Below are positions 61,561-61,647 of a DNA stretch of 61,647 nt, in pieces (positions within the stretch are counted from its first letter, which is position 1; every line of letters starts with the position of its first letter). A program made the position numbers and the translations under genes. The DNA comes from Seison nebaliae (lineage: Eukaryota): assembly GCA_023231475.1 (NCBI GenBank), contig JALJEE010001547.1, positions 1-61,647 on the forward strand. Direction: 5' to 3'. The notes below the pieces were generated by a model. That model ran no database searches and was not told the origin of the DNA. It saw nothing but the letters and a program-made list of their open reading frames with translations.

Positions 61561-61647
61561 ATCCTTCTCAACTTCAACTGAAAATATTTTATTGAAAATA
61601 GCCTTAAATTTTATCTAAATAGTGTATAAATTTCGACTGACTGATAA

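Overview
AT-rich, gene-dense animal genomic window with very short introns (mostly about 41-55 nt; donors often GTT...) and several intronless genes, consistent with a compact invertebrate genome (taxon not determinable with certainty). Contents in order: tRNA-Gln(TTG); PDZD8; a transposon-remnant zone (about 5.6-11 kb) with two 3' ends of a non-LTR retrotransposon family flanking an orphan secreted-protein gene; a large minus-strand Cys-loop anion-channel gene (GluCl/GlyR-like); a tight co-oriented MED31-GSKIP-THOC3 cluster; a third LINE remnant; a divergent intronless GCN5/PCAF-like acetyltransferase; a multi-exon coiled-coil gene overlapping LACTB2; SLC38A9; an SLC26 transporter; a 1360-aa orphan ORF; NME6; a class-2 DYRK kinase; and a terminal palindromic element. 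The standout observation is absent from the ORF track: the Cys-loop gene carries a tandemly duplicated, intact, splice-compatible second copy of the exon encoding the end of loop C, M1 and the pore-lining M2 helix (13870-14058 vs 13428-13619). The copies have very different selectivity-filter and pore residues ([20 protein letters not shown] vs [20 protein letters not shown]), suggesting a pore swap by mutually exclusive splicing. The same gene has a candidate 9-nt microexon. All gene models and family assignments are by manual reading and recalled motifs; no searches were run.
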